64,000 nt of DNA, taken from Phycisphaerae bacterium. Lineage in GTDB: Bacteria > Planctomycetota > Phycisphaerae > WQYP01. The notes under the pieces are model-generated. The model was not told the DNA's origin. It saw only the letters and a program-made list of their open reading frames with translations, and made no database searches. The stretch lies in assembly GCA_051955985.1 (NCBI GenBank), contig JBQCGD010000036.1, forward strand, positions 4,306-68,305. Direction: 5' to 3'. Position 1 is the stretch's first letter; each line of letters begins with the position of its first letter. The translations under genes and the position numbers were made by a program. Shown here in pieces: positions 30,854 to 40,257 of this stretch.

Positions 30854-30965
30854 TTTCAGCCCCAAAGCCTCATTTCGCGAAAAAAACCGCCAACCCCGCA
30901 ACGCCGCCCACCCCTTTTCCCACGCTGAGCTTGATTCACCCCCACCGCCTGCCGATAAATACCTT

Positions 30966-31181
30966 ATGAACCTTTCTGCCTCCAGCCTCCTCGCCGGCCT
31001 CCTCATCAGCTCCCTCGGCGCCGGCATCTTCCTCTACGGCAAATCCACCTCCAAGCTCCTCCCCCTCGTCGTCGGCGGCGCGATGTGCCTCTACCCCTTC
31101 ATCATCACCGCCCCTTGGCTCCTCTGGACGATCACCGCCGCCCTCTGCGTCCTCCTCTACGTCGCACGCGAACGCGCCTGA
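30966..31181 (+). CDS. Small membrane protein
   Basis: 71 aa, hydrophobic throughout, with YGK and YPF motifs. Confidence 0.7.
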   Translation: MNLSASSLLAGLLISSLGAGIFLYGKSTSKLLPLVVGGAMCLYPFIITAPWLLWTITAALCVLLYVARERA

Positions 31182-31224
31182 GACGCCGCCCCCCACCGAA
31201 CTTTCTCCCCCTGCTTTTATTTTC

Positions 31225-31268
31225 TTTACAGGGGCGTCAGCGCGCTTTAATTTAACAGCACCACATCC
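31225..31268 (+). promoter_or_regulatory. Sigma70-like promoter followed by CCACATCC at the predicted +1
   Basis: TTTACA-17 bp-TAATTT-7 bp-CCACATCC. Confidence 0.5.
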
Positions 31269-31305
31269 ACCTATCTCGCTTCTTCCAATCATTTGAGGGT
31301 CCGTC

Positions 31306-31761
31306 ATGGCTGATTCGAGCAAGAAAACTGCCGTCGTGGCTGTGGTTGCGCTGTTGCTGGCCGCCGGCGCTGTCCTGGTCTACAACTCCCGGGGCACAAC
31401 ACCACGCGCCAGCGGTCTCGGCTACTTCGTCGATGATGCAACAGGCCAGGAAACCACACGCTCCGTCAAGGACATTCCGCCCGTCTCCGAAAACGGAAAA
31501 ACCCTCGTCCGCGAAGTGAAATACAGCCTCAACGGCAAACCAAAGGCCGCCTATTACTACAAATTCACCGACGCCATGAAAAAGAAAATCGAGGATGTCA
31601 TCGCTTCCGGAAAAGACATCGGCGACATGGAGATCGGCTCCGGCCAGTTGGTGCGCTCTCCCGCGCCCAACAGCAAATGGGTCGCCGCCGGAAGCGACGA
31701 GGGCCAGGCCATCATGCAAATTGATCTTTCCCAGGGAAAAATCGAAATGCTTCAGCCCTGA
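31306..31761 (+). CDS. Single-pass membrane-anchored protein, paralog A of the pilin-partner family
   Basis: N-terminal TM helix; shares TG.E..R.V.D.PP, YY.KFT..MK.K.ED, G.LVR.P and WV.A.S.EG..I with 34394-34861. Confidence 0.85.
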   Translation: MADSSKKTAVVAVVALLLAAGAVLVYNSRGTTPRASGLGYFVDDATGQETTRSVKDIPPVSENGKTLVREVKYSLNGKPKAAYYYKFTDAMKKKIEDVIASGKDIGDMEIGSGQLVRSPAPNSKWVAAGSDEGQAIMQIDLSQGKIEMLQP

Positions 31762-31805
31762 TCGCTTTCCCTCAACCCCTCCTCCCCTCAACAGCCCCAA
31801 ACGGA

Positions 31806-31840
31806 AAACGCCGCAGCTCGAAAAAAGCTGCGGCGTTCTC
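31806..31840. terminator. Probable bidirectional terminator between convergent genes
   Basis: AACGCCGCAGC / GCTGCGGCGTT stem flanked by A-rich and T-rich tracts. Confidence 0.7.
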
Positions 31841-31865
31841 TTGCGCTTTTGATGGATCAGCCCCC

Positions 31866-32909
31866 TCAATACTGCTCTTGCAGATAGATCAGCACGTCCT
31901 GCGTCAGCAGGTTCGGCTGCTCAACGTTTCCGGTCCCAAGTTTCTTCTGCGTGAACAAGCCGTTCAAGGTCCACGGCATCGTGTTGAACTTCGACACATG
32001 CCCGTCAAAGAAGGCCATGTTCGTGTCTCCGTCCACCCCGCCGTTCGTCGGATCGCCATGGTTCCCACGCAACCGCAGGTGACGCGGGGGAATGTCCGTC
32101 ATCTTGGTGTCCCAGATGATCTCCGTCGCTTCAACCACCATCACCATGCGACTCTGGTTCATTACGAAATTCATCTTCCGCCGGTAATCAACGGAAGTGG
32201 AAACCTTGTCGTTCGGCGCAGATTGTGGTTTGTCAAAGGCTACAAATGGCGTCGCACCAGCGTTTTTCGAACCACCTGAGCTGCCGAGCTTGTTGCCGCT
32301 GCTCATATTATGCGCATTGAGCTCGTACCACGTCGCTACCGAGAAGTTCCCCGGTGTTCCCAGGGGGCCGGACCATCCGAGAGGCTCGATAATCCCTTTC
32401 TGCAGCACTGGATCGCGAGGGCCGATGGTACCCACCGCTCCATTCGTCTGTAACCCGTCCGGATTGAACAATTCCAATTGGCAGTCAGGGCAGAAAAACG
32501 CGCTTCGTCCAGACGGTGTGCCCACGTTCCCATTCGGCTGCATATCATTCCCAGCAGAGACGAATCCTTGCTTAGCCAGTTCGTTGGTCCAAAAGAAGCC
32601 CTGAGGCACGTCGGAAAACGCGTTATTACCCGCCACGAATTCTGGAATGCACGCATCGTCAAAAGCGGCCCCATAGCTGATCACCCCCTGCGCGATGCCC
32701 CGCATATTGGCCGCGCATTTCGCGATACGTGCCTGCTCGCGGGCCTTCCCCAGCGACGGCAGCAGAATCGCGATCAATAGCGCGATAATCGCTACTACCA
32801 CTAGCAGCTCAATCAACGTAAACCCGCTCCGCCTGCGCATCATGCTCCCATCCAAAAACGTCCTCACCCTTGCGCGTGCCCCACTTGCCCGCATCGATTC
32901 CACTTTCAT
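31866..32909 (-). CDS. Prepilin-type N-terminal cleavage/methylation protein 1 with an H-X9-DG-like C-terminal motif (DUF1559-like)
   Basis: RRRSG|[40 protein letters not shown] and [23 protein letters not shown]. Confidence 0.92.
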   Translation of the reverse strand: MKVESMRASGARARVRTFLDGSMMRRRSGFTLIELLVVVAIIALLIAILLPSLGKAREQARIAKCAANMRGIAQGVISYGAAFDDACIPEFVAGNNAFSDVPQGFFWTNELAKQGFVSAGNDMQPNGNVGTPSGRSAFFCPDCQLELFNPDGLQTNGAVGTIGPRDPVLQKGIIEPLGWSGPLGTPGNFSVATWYELNAHNMSSGNKLGSSGGSKNAGATPFVAFDKPQSAPNDKVSTSVDYRRKMNFVMNQSRMVMVVEATEIIWDTKMTDIPPRHLRLRGNHGDPTNGGVDGDTNMAFFDGHVSKFNTMPWTLNGLFTQKKLGTGNVEQPNLLTQDVLIYLQEQY

Positions 32910-33199
32910 GAGAATTTCTCCAAATGAGCCTCATCCTCGCGATAAACCGCGGACGTTCCGCGGCCGATCGCCTCCTCGCGCACCTAAATGCGCGGCAGAA
33001 CTCTCTTCATGTGCCCGCGCCGCCAGTGGGCCTCATGGAAATTGGCTCACCACCGGACGCGCACCGACTCCCCGGCGACCGCAACACGCACCGCGTTCGC
33101 AAAAAGAGCCTCTCAGCCGTTGATGCGACAACTCACGCTGACTGCCTGGATGTGTAAGATGAGGCCTGGATGAAGGGCCTCGTTGGATGTGGCAACTTC

Positions 33200-33227
33200 A
33201 TTATGCCAAAGGAACAACACGAGTCAA
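33200..33227 (-). promoter_or_regulatory. Sigma70-like promoter with extended -10 for pilin-like gene 1
   Basis: Minus strand TTGACT-16 bp-CATAAT with TGn extension, preceded by an AT-rich tract. Confidence 0.65.
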
Positions 33228-33357
33228 TAAATAAATGTAACCCCCGCCTTATTTGCATGCTTACCAAAAAGACGCTCCCGAAGATCACCCCTCGCCCCCA
33301 CGCCTCCACCCGCGAACTGGCGCAATCGTACGGCAGCTACACTTGTTGCGCAGGGCG

Positions 33358-33397
33358 CAAACAAAGGGGCATTCCCGCTTGCACGAGAACGCCCCTG
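33358..33397 (-). terminator. Intrinsic terminator after pilin-like gene 2
   Basis: Minus strand GGGGCGTTCTCG-loop-CGGGAATGCCCC-TTTGTTTG. Confidence 0.65.
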
Positions 33398-33460
33398 CTT
33401 ATTCTGAGAAGCCCAAAGCGAACTCGCCTCAGGCCACGCTACCGATAACCGCAATACTTC

Positions 33461-34369
33461 TTATTGATTGTTTAAGTAGGCAATTGTGCCGTTCCGGATG
33501 TTCCGGAAATCATTCGCCTTCGTGCTGATCGGTTGCGTCGGCACCAAGTCCACATGCCCATCGAAGTAAGCCCAATTCGTCTTGGCATCCAGGCCGTGAT
33601 TCGTCGTGTCGCCGTGACGCGCCGCTATACGAACCAGGTATTCGCCCGGATAGACGCTGGAAACAGGGTTCGCAAGATTATTGTTGTTCGACCCTTCCAC
33701 CAGCATCAGCAGGTCCGACGGACGCGTCACCTGGTTCATGCTCCGCGTGTAGCCTTGGCCAGGATCGGCGAGCAAGGCGTCATTGCCCTGGTAATAAATG
33801 AACGGAGACATTTCCGACGCGCCGTTCTTATTCGTCGCAGCGCACACCCGCAGCGGCAACTGATACCACGTCATCACCGTCTGGTAGTTCGCGTTGGCAT
33901 AATTCACCGAATACCCGAAGTTCGTCGGATCTGCCGGGTATTGGCCACCACCGCCCGACACCAGCGTCCCCTTCGGGCAGAAGAACACCGAGTTCGTCGT
34001 CAGCGTAACCGTCGCAGAGTTCGGCTGGTTGCAATACGGCGCTTTCACGAAACCGCCACGGACAAGTTCCGCGGGCCATGAGAAACCATACTGGTACACA
34101 CCCGACGGATTGGCGTTGATGTACCCGATGATCATCTTGTTGTTGTTGTCCTGCGAATAAATCAGCAACCCCGCAGCAATGCCCTTCATGTTCGCAGCAC
34201 ACTTCACGATGTTCGCACGTTCCTTCGCCTTCCCCAGCGACGGCAGCAGAATCGAGATCAACAGCGCGATGATCGCCACCACCACCAGCAACTCGATCAG
34301 CGTGAAGCCCGAACGTGCCCGGGAGCGGCCCCAAAGGCCCGATCCCGAAACCACCTCATTCCTGACCAT
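33461..34369 (-). CDS. Prepilin-type N-terminal cleavage/methylation protein 2 with an H-X9-DG-like motif
   Basis: ARSG|[40 protein letters not shown] and [23 protein letters not shown]. Confidence 0.92.
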   Translation of the reverse strand: MVRNEVVSGSGLWGRSRARSGFTLIELLVVVAIIALLISILLPSLGKAKERANIVKCAANMKGIAAGLLIYSQDNNNKMIIGYINANPSGVYQYGFSWPAELVRGGFVKAPYCNQPNSATVTLTTNSVFFCPKGTLVSGGGGQYPADPTNFGYSVNYANANYQTVMTWYQLPLRVCAATNKNGASEMSPFIYYQGNDALLADPGQGYTRSMNQVTRPSDLLMLVEGSNNNNLANPVSSVYPGEYLVRIAARHGDTTNHGLDAKTNWAYFDGHVDLVPTQPISTKANDFRNIRNGTIAYLNNQ

Positions 34370-34393
34370 AACGACTCCTCTATCAAAAATGAC

Positions 34394-34861
34394 TCATGGA
34401 TAAACCGTGTCACGCGGCCCCTCGTTCGGGTCGCCTTCCAGGATCTTCTTCCCCTCCGCGCTTGTCGCTTCCACCCACCCCGACGGCCCCGCGTCCGGCT
34501 TGCGCACAAGCATTCCCGTCGACGTGTTCAAGTCCGGATACTTCTCCGGATGCACCAGCGAATCTTCTACCTTCGCCTTCATCTCCGGCGTGAATTTGAA
34601 GTAATAACCCACCTTTACATCCGGGCTCCCCGCCACCCGGTACTTGTAGACCTTCACCACCGAAGGATTCCCTTTCGCCCCGATCTGCGGCGGCACGTCC
34701 GTCACCGGCCGTATGACCTCCGTCCCCGTGTCCTCATCAAAATAAAACGCCGTCTCCGGCTTCTTCTCCCCGCCACGCGACGTGAAGTAAAAGATGACCC
34801 CCGCCAGTACCAGCACCGCCGCCGCCACATACTTCCCGTTCTTGTTCAAAAACTCCCGCAT
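34394..34861 (-). CDS. Single-pass membrane-anchored protein, paralog B of the pilin-partner family
   Basis: GGAG SD before ATG 34861; N-terminal TM helix; ends 24 bp upstream of pilin-like gene 2, consistent with an operon. Confidence 0.85.
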   Translation of the reverse strand: MREFLNKNGKYVAAAVLVLAGVIFYFTSRGGEKKPETAFYFDEDTGTEVIRPVTDVPPQIGAKGNPSVVKVYKYRVAGSPDVKVGYYFKFTPEMKAKVEDSLVHPEKYPDLNTSTGMLVRKPDAGPSGWVEATSAEGKKILEGDPNEGPRDTVYP

Positions 34862-35249
34862 GCCGTCTCCATAAAAACGACCAAACCACGTGTCTCGAAA
34901 GATCAGTCCCGATCGACAATAACCGGACGCGCACAAATTCCGCCACAGCCGAGCGGTCGCCCGCTCGCTGCGTTGTCCCTGCAGAATCCGATGGTTCGGG
35001 GCTCCACCAAACCACGCCGCTGGGCTCCCGACGCAAGGCATGCACGCCCGCGCTGGGTCTTGGCCTTCCGACAGGATCACCACCGATGGGATGGATCACC
35101 AATCCGTAAAGATGCAGAACGCATCTTTACCGGCGAGTTCGTCGCCGGCAATTAGGCCTTCCAGTCACTGATCTACAATCGTCGCTGACCGCCTCTTTGT
35201 AAAAAATAAGGCCGGGATGAACGGCCTCTGGCAGGATGTGGTGATGTCT

Positions 35250-35277
35250 ATTATCGCAAATACTTCGCGCGAGTCAA
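35250..35277 (-). promoter_or_regulatory. Sigma70-like promoter with extended -10 for the partner B / pilin 2 operon
   Basis: Minus strand TTGACT-16 bp-GATAAT with TGn extension; same architecture as 33200-33227. Confidence 0.65.
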
Positions 35278-35365
35278 TAAATATTGTCAAACCCCACGCC
35301 ACACCTCTGCAGGGCTACGCATCGGTCGATAACTTCGCGGCTCCCAACGCATCCTCCTTGCTCAT

Positions 35366-37633
35366 TCACTCCCCCGCCGCCGGCCGCGTCCCCGCCACCC
35401 CACCCGCCCCCGCCACCCGCACCACCCCCCACACCGCCGGCCCCGCCCCCTCCGGCGCCCAGCTCCGCCCCCACGTCTCCGCCCCTTCATCATTAGTCAT
35501 CACCCCCAGGTTCACCCGCACCCCCTTCTCCGCACCCGCTTCCGACAAGCCAAACAGCAGCTCCCGCGGAATCGCCATCACCACCCGATACCCGCCCGTC
35601 TCCTCCGCCACCCGCATCTCCACCCCATCCCGGCTCCCCTCTTCAAGGCATCGTAGCTCCGTCTGCTTCTCCCCCACCCCTTCGTTCATCCACAGCTCCG
35701 CCCCCTTCGGCCCAAACGGCAACACCCACAGCCGCTTCACCCCGCCCCCTTCCACCTGCCACGCCACGCTCACCGCGTCGCTCCCCAGCCCGCCCCACCG
35801 CCAATCCAGCCCGCCCTCCCCCTCCGGCGGCACATAACTCTTCACCCCGTCCTCCACCCGAAACCGCACATACACCTTCTGCGCATCCGCCGTCATCTCC
35901 CACTCCGGGTTCCGCCGCTGCAACGCATCCCCGCGCACCTGCCACGCATACGCACTCCCCTGCACCGCGTTCAACCACCCCGTCTCCCCCGCCATCGACA
36001 CCTTCTCCTCCACCGGCACGTCCGCATGCGGCACCACCGGCACACGCCGCTTCAACACCACCGTGCACATCCGCCCCGGCTCCTCCATCCCCCCCGCGCC
36101 TCCACCCCTCGGATCCCGCCAATGCACCACAAACTCCACCTGCGCCGGCCCCTTCCCGCCGCCGCCCGCCCCCTCGCCCCCCGTCCACGTCAACGACATC
36201 GGCCAGCTCTCCTTCGCCCCCGGCGCCAAGTGCCGAATCAAATGCGCCGAATCCATCTCCCACGGCGCATCCAGGTTCTCCACAAACGGATTCGCGTTCT
36301 CCCGCATCGTCACGCTCCCCAGGTTCCGCGCGCTCGCCAGCCGCACCTCCACATCCAGCGGCACCTCCAGCGGATTCCCCACATGCATCGTCAACTTCCC
36401 CTGCCCCGATCCCCCTGTGCTCCCCGCCGCACCTGCCGCCCCGCTCCCCGCCGCGCTCCCTTCCGCCCCTTTCGACGCCGTCGATTCCACCGCCCCCTCC
36501 ACCCCCATCACCCCGTTCGGAATCGCCGCAATCTTGTCCAGCACCTCCCGCTCCCCCGCCGTAAACAGCGCCTCCCCCGCAATCGCCGGCCCACCCTCCG
36601 GCGTCACCAGTTGCACCACCGCCGCATGCAGCCCGCCCCCGCCCTCCCCGTCAAACCGCAGCACCGTGAAATGCCGCGGCATGATCGACGTGTCCTGCGC
36701 CACCCGCGCCCCCGTCGGCCCCAGCTCCACATACCGAATCCCGTCCCGCGTCGGCTCCAACGCATACCCGCTCCCCTCCGCCGCCGACGCATACACCCCC
36801 ACCACCCGCGGCCCCGCGTCCGCCGCCCCTTCCCCCTCCACGCTCACAATCGGCCGCTCGTTGAACCGCACCAGAAGCCGATGCACCTGCTCCCACCCGC
36901 TCCCCCGCTCCTTCCACAACGCCCGGTGCAGCAACACCACCACGTACCGCGGCGCAGGCCGCTCCCCCTGCCCCTCCGCCGCCGCTCCTTCAAACGTCCG
37001 GTTCAACTCCCCCCGCAGCCACCCCATCTGCTGCTCCCCCAGCGCATGCGCCCCGAACGGATCCAGGTTCTCCTCCGAATCCAGCACGATCACATGCACC
37101 TCCCCCACATCCACCGCGTAATACCGCGGCCCCATCAGCTTCTCATACAACCCCTCAAACCGCCGATCCCCCGCATCCCGCGTCCCCGGCACCACGTCCG
37201 TCTCCCCCACGCACGGAAACCACGGCATCTTCAACGCCCCCAATGCCCCCTTCACCCCTTCCACCTCCTCCCGATACCGCTGCTCGCTCCGCGTCTCCCC
37301 CGGCACCAGGTTCCCCACCGTAAACACCGCCGAAGGCCCCAGCAAATTGATCTCCTTCACCGCCTCCGCCACGTACCGCCCGCTCGACGCATTCCCCGGC
37401 GCCACCGACCCCACAATCGCAATCCGCACCCCTCCGCGCACCTCCACCCGCTCCGGCAAATGCACCGCCCCCTCCGCCGCCCCGCTCTCCCCGCGCACCC
37501 CAACCCCCAACCCCATCACACCCGCCGCAAGCACCGCCGCCCGCACGCCCTTCACAATGTTCTCTTTCGCCCTCACGCCAAAACCCCTGTTTAGCCGCCG
37601 ATCGAAGATCGACGCGTTAACCCTCGCGCACAC
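35366..37633 (-). CDS. Secreted calcineurin-like metallophosphoesterase-fold protein (degenerate metal ligands) with a C-terminal DOMON/CBM9-like domain
   Basis: Spacing of IAIVGS / FTVGNLV / PWFPCVGETD / YYAVD.G.VHVIVLDS / QMGWL / VVLLH matches the MPP fold; the C-terminus has VYVRFRVED and YRVVMAIP. The true start is probably downstream of 37633. Confidence 0.7.
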   Translation of the reverse strand: MCARVNASIFDRRLNRGFGVRAKENIVKGVRAAVLAAGVMGLGVGVRGESGAAEGAVHLPERVEVRGGVRIAIVGSVAPGNASSGRYVAEAVKEINLLGPSAVFTVGNLVPGETRSEQRYREEVEGVKGALGALKMPWFPCVGETDVVPGTRDAGDRRFEGLYEKLMGPRYYAVDVGEVHVIVLDSEENLDPFGAHALGEQQMGWLRGELNRTFEGAAAEGQGERPAPRYVVVLLHRALWKERGSGWEQVHRLLVRFNERPIVSVEGEGAADAGPRVVGVYASAAEGSGYALEPTRDGIRYVELGPTGARVAQDTSIMPRHFTVLRFDGEGGGGLHAAVVQLVTPEGGPAIAGEALFTAGEREVLDKIAAIPNGVMGVEGAVESTASKGAEGSAAGSGAAGAAGSTGGSGQGKLTMHVGNPLEVPLDVEVRLASARNLGSVTMRENANPFVENLDAPWEMDSAHLIRHLAPGAKESWPMSLTWTGGEGAGGGGKGPAQVEFVVHWRDPRGGGAGGMEEPGRMCTVVLKRRVPVVPHADVPVEEKVSMAGETGWLNAVQGSAYAWQVRGDALQRRNPEWEMTADAQKVYVRFRVEDGVKSYVPPEGEGGLDWRWGGLGSDAVSVAWQVEGGGVKRLWVLPFGPKGAELWMNEGVGEKQTELRCLEEGSRDGVEMRVAEETGGYRVVMAIPRELLFGLSEAGAEKGVRVNLGVMTNDEGAETWGRSWAPEGAGPAVWGVVRVAGAGGVAGTRPAAGE

Positions 37634-37697
37634 ACTATGGCCAACCCTGCCCTATCCTATCGCCGCCCCCGCCCTTCTGCATGCCGCATCCCCCGCG

Positions 37698-37737
37698 CAA
37701 AAAAACAGGCGGGCACACCCAAAGATGTGCCCGCCCG
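37698..37737 (-). terminator. Intrinsic terminator after pilin-like gene 3
   Basis: GGCGGGCACA / TGTGCCCGCC stem with an A-run on the plus strand. Confidence 0.75.
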
Positions 37738-37767
37738 AAAATCCAAGCCGCTCAGGGCCGCTCAAGA

Positions 37768-38736
37768 TCAGTGCTGTTCCTGCAGGTAGAACAACGTCTC
37801 TTCCACCGGCGAATACATCGTCTTGTTCTTCACGTACGAATAGCCGTTCGAATTCCCCGAACGATTCGGATTCAGCGTGTACGGCGTCGTCGGATACTTC
37901 GACACGTGCCCGTCGAAAAACGCAAAGTTCGTGTACCCGTCGATCCCGCTGTTCAGCGAGTCGCCATGCCGGCCGGCAAGCCGCTCCGCCTTCGAACTGC
38001 CCTGGCCCCCGTCCGACGGCGTGTTCTGGTTGTCAAACTGGTCGTAGTTCCCTTCCACCACCATCACAAACGCGCTCGGCTGCTTGATCATGTTGATCGT
38101 GCGATTGTAATTGGGATCAATGAAACCGTTCGCGTTGTTGTAATACACAAACGGCGTCGCCCCGCCCGAGCTCGTCCCCTGGGACGAACCCAGCGTGTTC
38201 CCGCTGCTGATGTTGTGCATCGTGATTTCGTACCACGTGTAAATGTCCACGTCCCCCACCGTGTTCGAACCGCCGTTGCTCCCCGTCGAGTGCTTGGCGT
38301 ACATCTTGTTCACCATCGACCGCGGCGTCGATGGCGTGGCGTTCGCCTGCTGCAGGATCCCGTCCGGACAGTAAAACACCCCGCGCGGAATCGCGTTCGG
38401 ACCGCCGCCCGGGCTCACATTGTTCGCACTGGGCAGATACCCCTGCTTCGCCATTTCCGTCGCCCAGTAAAAACCGTTGTCGTACCCCCCGAGCCCCGCC
38501 TTCACCAGCCCCATGATCATGTGCTGATTGTTCTGATCGACGTACATCAAATGCGCCGTCGCAATCTGCTTCATGTTCGCCGCGCACTTCGCTGTGTTCG
38601 CCTGCTCACGCGCTTTCCCCAGCGACGGCAGCAAAATCGCAATCAACACCGCGATGATCGCCACCACCACCAGCAACTCGATCAGTGTAAAACCCTGCCG
38701 GCGAACACCGGCCGCCTTCAATCGTTGACCAACCAT
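37768..38736 (-). CDS. Prepilin-type N-terminal cleavage/methylation protein 3 with an H-X9-DG-like motif
   Basis: RRQG|[40 protein letters not shown] and [23 protein letters not shown]; GAGGAG SD. Confidence 0.92.
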   Translation of the reverse strand: MVGQRLKAAGVRRQGFTLIELLVVVAIIAVLIAILLPSLGKAREQANTAKCAANMKQIATAHLMYVDQNNQHMIMGLVKAGLGGYDNGFYWATEMAKQGYLPSANNVSPGGGPNAIPRGVFYCPDGILQQANATPSTPRSMVNKMYAKHSTGSNGGSNTVGDVDIYTWYEITMHNISSGNTLGSSQGTSSGGATPFVYYNNANGFIDPNYNRTINMIKQPSAFVMVVEGNYDQFDNQNTPSDGGQGSSKAERLAGRHGDSLNSGIDGYTNFAFFDGHVSKYPTTPYTLNPNRSGNSNGYSYVKNKTMYSPVEETLFYLQEQH

Positions 38737-39001
38737 GAAAACTCCTCAATCCTCAAAATGAAAACCAAACACACCTTTTGCGTCACCCAACGCAGGCAAC
38801 AATGCAACCACCGGCGATCCAGAGAAATTCCGAAACGCCTTCACAACTGCGGCTGAGATTCAGGGACGGTTTGGATGGATGGACCGGGAAGGTGCACGCA
38901 GCCCGGGGATGTGGGAGTAAACCATCTGCCTGACCAACGCCACGAGCGTAACCCGCTGGCCCCGCAATGAGACAGGTTCGGTCCAGTTGGTTAGCCCGCT
39001 G

Positions 39002-39035
39002 ATCATATCCTTTTTGACAACCCATTGTCAAAAAG
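39002..39035 (-). promoter_or_regulatory. Sigma70-like promoter overlapped by a perfect inverted repeat (operator candidate)
   Basis: Minus strand TTGACA-18 bp-TATGAT; CTTTTTGACAA-CCCA-TTGTCAAAAAG at 39010-39035. Confidence 0.65.
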
Positions 39036-39114
39036 TTTCAACACCCCCAAATAGAAATCGCAACGCCGTAAAAATCCAGCACTTGCGCTACAAACCCGCA
39101 GTCGCGCACCCACC

Positions 39115-40257
39115 CTACCGCCGGCTCACCGCCAACCCGCCTCGCCCCACCGGCCGCCCCAGCACCGGCATCCCCCCTGCCCCCCACTCAAACCGCTGCG
39201 CATAAATCTCCCGGTTCCGCCCGCCCTGCCCCGGCTCCCGCACCCCGTGGTACACAAACCACCACGCCTCCTCCCCCTTCCCGCCACCCGCCTCCGCCTC
39301 CGCCCCCTTCACAAAACAATTATGCCCGACCCCGAACACCTCGTCCGACTTCGCAAACACCGGCCCCGCGCTCTTCTCCCACGCCCCCGCCTCCATCAGC
39401 CGATCCACATCGCACGTCAGCACCCCCACGCAGTAATCATCGCTCCAGAACCCGTTCGCCGAGTACGCCACCACCACCTTCCCCCCACGCACCACCGGCG
39501 CCGGCCCTTCATTCACATAGCACGGCCATGGTCCGCTCCGCCGCTCCCACGCCTGGTCCGGCGAACTGATGCACACCCGCTCCCCCACGATCGTCCACGG
39601 ATTGCTCATCCGCGCGATGTACAAATGCTGCATCCCGTTCCGCGACCCCGCCCACCCGCTCCACACAAAATACAACCCCGTCCCACCCGCATGCCCCCCC
39701 CGAGGCACCTGGATCACCGCCCCGTCAATCGCCCACCGGTCCGTCGCATCCGCGATCTTCCCCCGAAACACGTACGGCCCCCGCGCATCCGCCCCCACGC
39801 TCTCCAGCACATACATCCGGTGATTCTCGTTCCGCCCGTCGTCCGCCGCAAAATAGATGTACCACCGCCCCCCAATCCACTCCAGCTCCGGCGCCCACAC
39901 GTTCCGGCTCACCGGCCCCCGCGACGGCGCCCGCCACACGCACACCTTCTCCGCACCCCCCGCACCCCCGGCCCCCTCCCCAAACCCCGCCATACGTCCG
40001 CTCGTGTACACGTAAATCGCCGCCCCTCGCGCCGTATTCTCGCTCTGCACCAGGTGATACTGCCCCTCCCGATACACAATCGACGGATCCTGCCCCGCCA
40101 TCAGCGGATTCTCAACCGCCCCCTCCCCCGCAAAGGGCAACGTCATCCGCCCGCTCGCCCCCATCGCCATCGCCAACCCCACCGCCCCCGCCACTGCCGC
40201 TGCGCGCTTCATCCCTGTATTCCTGTCGTACAACCACCCGGCCGCCAGCGCATCCAT
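39115..40257 (-). CDS. GH43 glycoside hydrolase (alpha-L-arabinofuranosidase-like), secreted
   Basis: GQDPSI, WAPEL, WAIDG, VNEGP and GVGHNCF motifs. The start may be the downstream MKRAAA. Confidence 0.9.
   Translation of the reverse strand: MDALAAGWLYDRNTGMKRAAAVAGAVGLAMAMGASGRMTLPFAGEGAVENPLMAGQDPSIVYREGQYHLVQSENTARGAAIYVYTSGRMAGFGEGAGGAGGAEKVCVWRAPSRGPVSRNVWAPELEWIGGRWYIYFAADDGRNENHRMYVLESVGADARGPYVFRGKIADATDRWAIDGAVIQVPRGGHAGGTGLYFVWSGWAGSRNGMQHLYIARMSNPWTIVGERVCISSPDQAWERRSGPWPCYVNEGPAPVVRGGKVVVAYSANGFWSDDYCVGVLTCDVDRLMEAGAWEKSAGPVFAKSDEVFGVGHNCFVKGAEAEAGGGKGEEAWWFVYHGVREPGQGGRNREIYAQRFEWGAGGMPVLGRPVGRGGLAVSRR

Noticed and set aside
33140-33195. CsrB/RsmZ-like sRNA on the plus strand (GGATG repeats)
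   Set aside because: Only about three GGA motifs, and the adjacent promoters point along the minus strand; kept instead as the CAUCC leader motif.
31866-38736. Diversity-generating retroelement or shufflon acting on the pilin-like genes
   Set aside because: No reverse transcriptase or recombinase, and no near-identical TR/VR pair or inversion sites seen; the paralogs diverge throughout.
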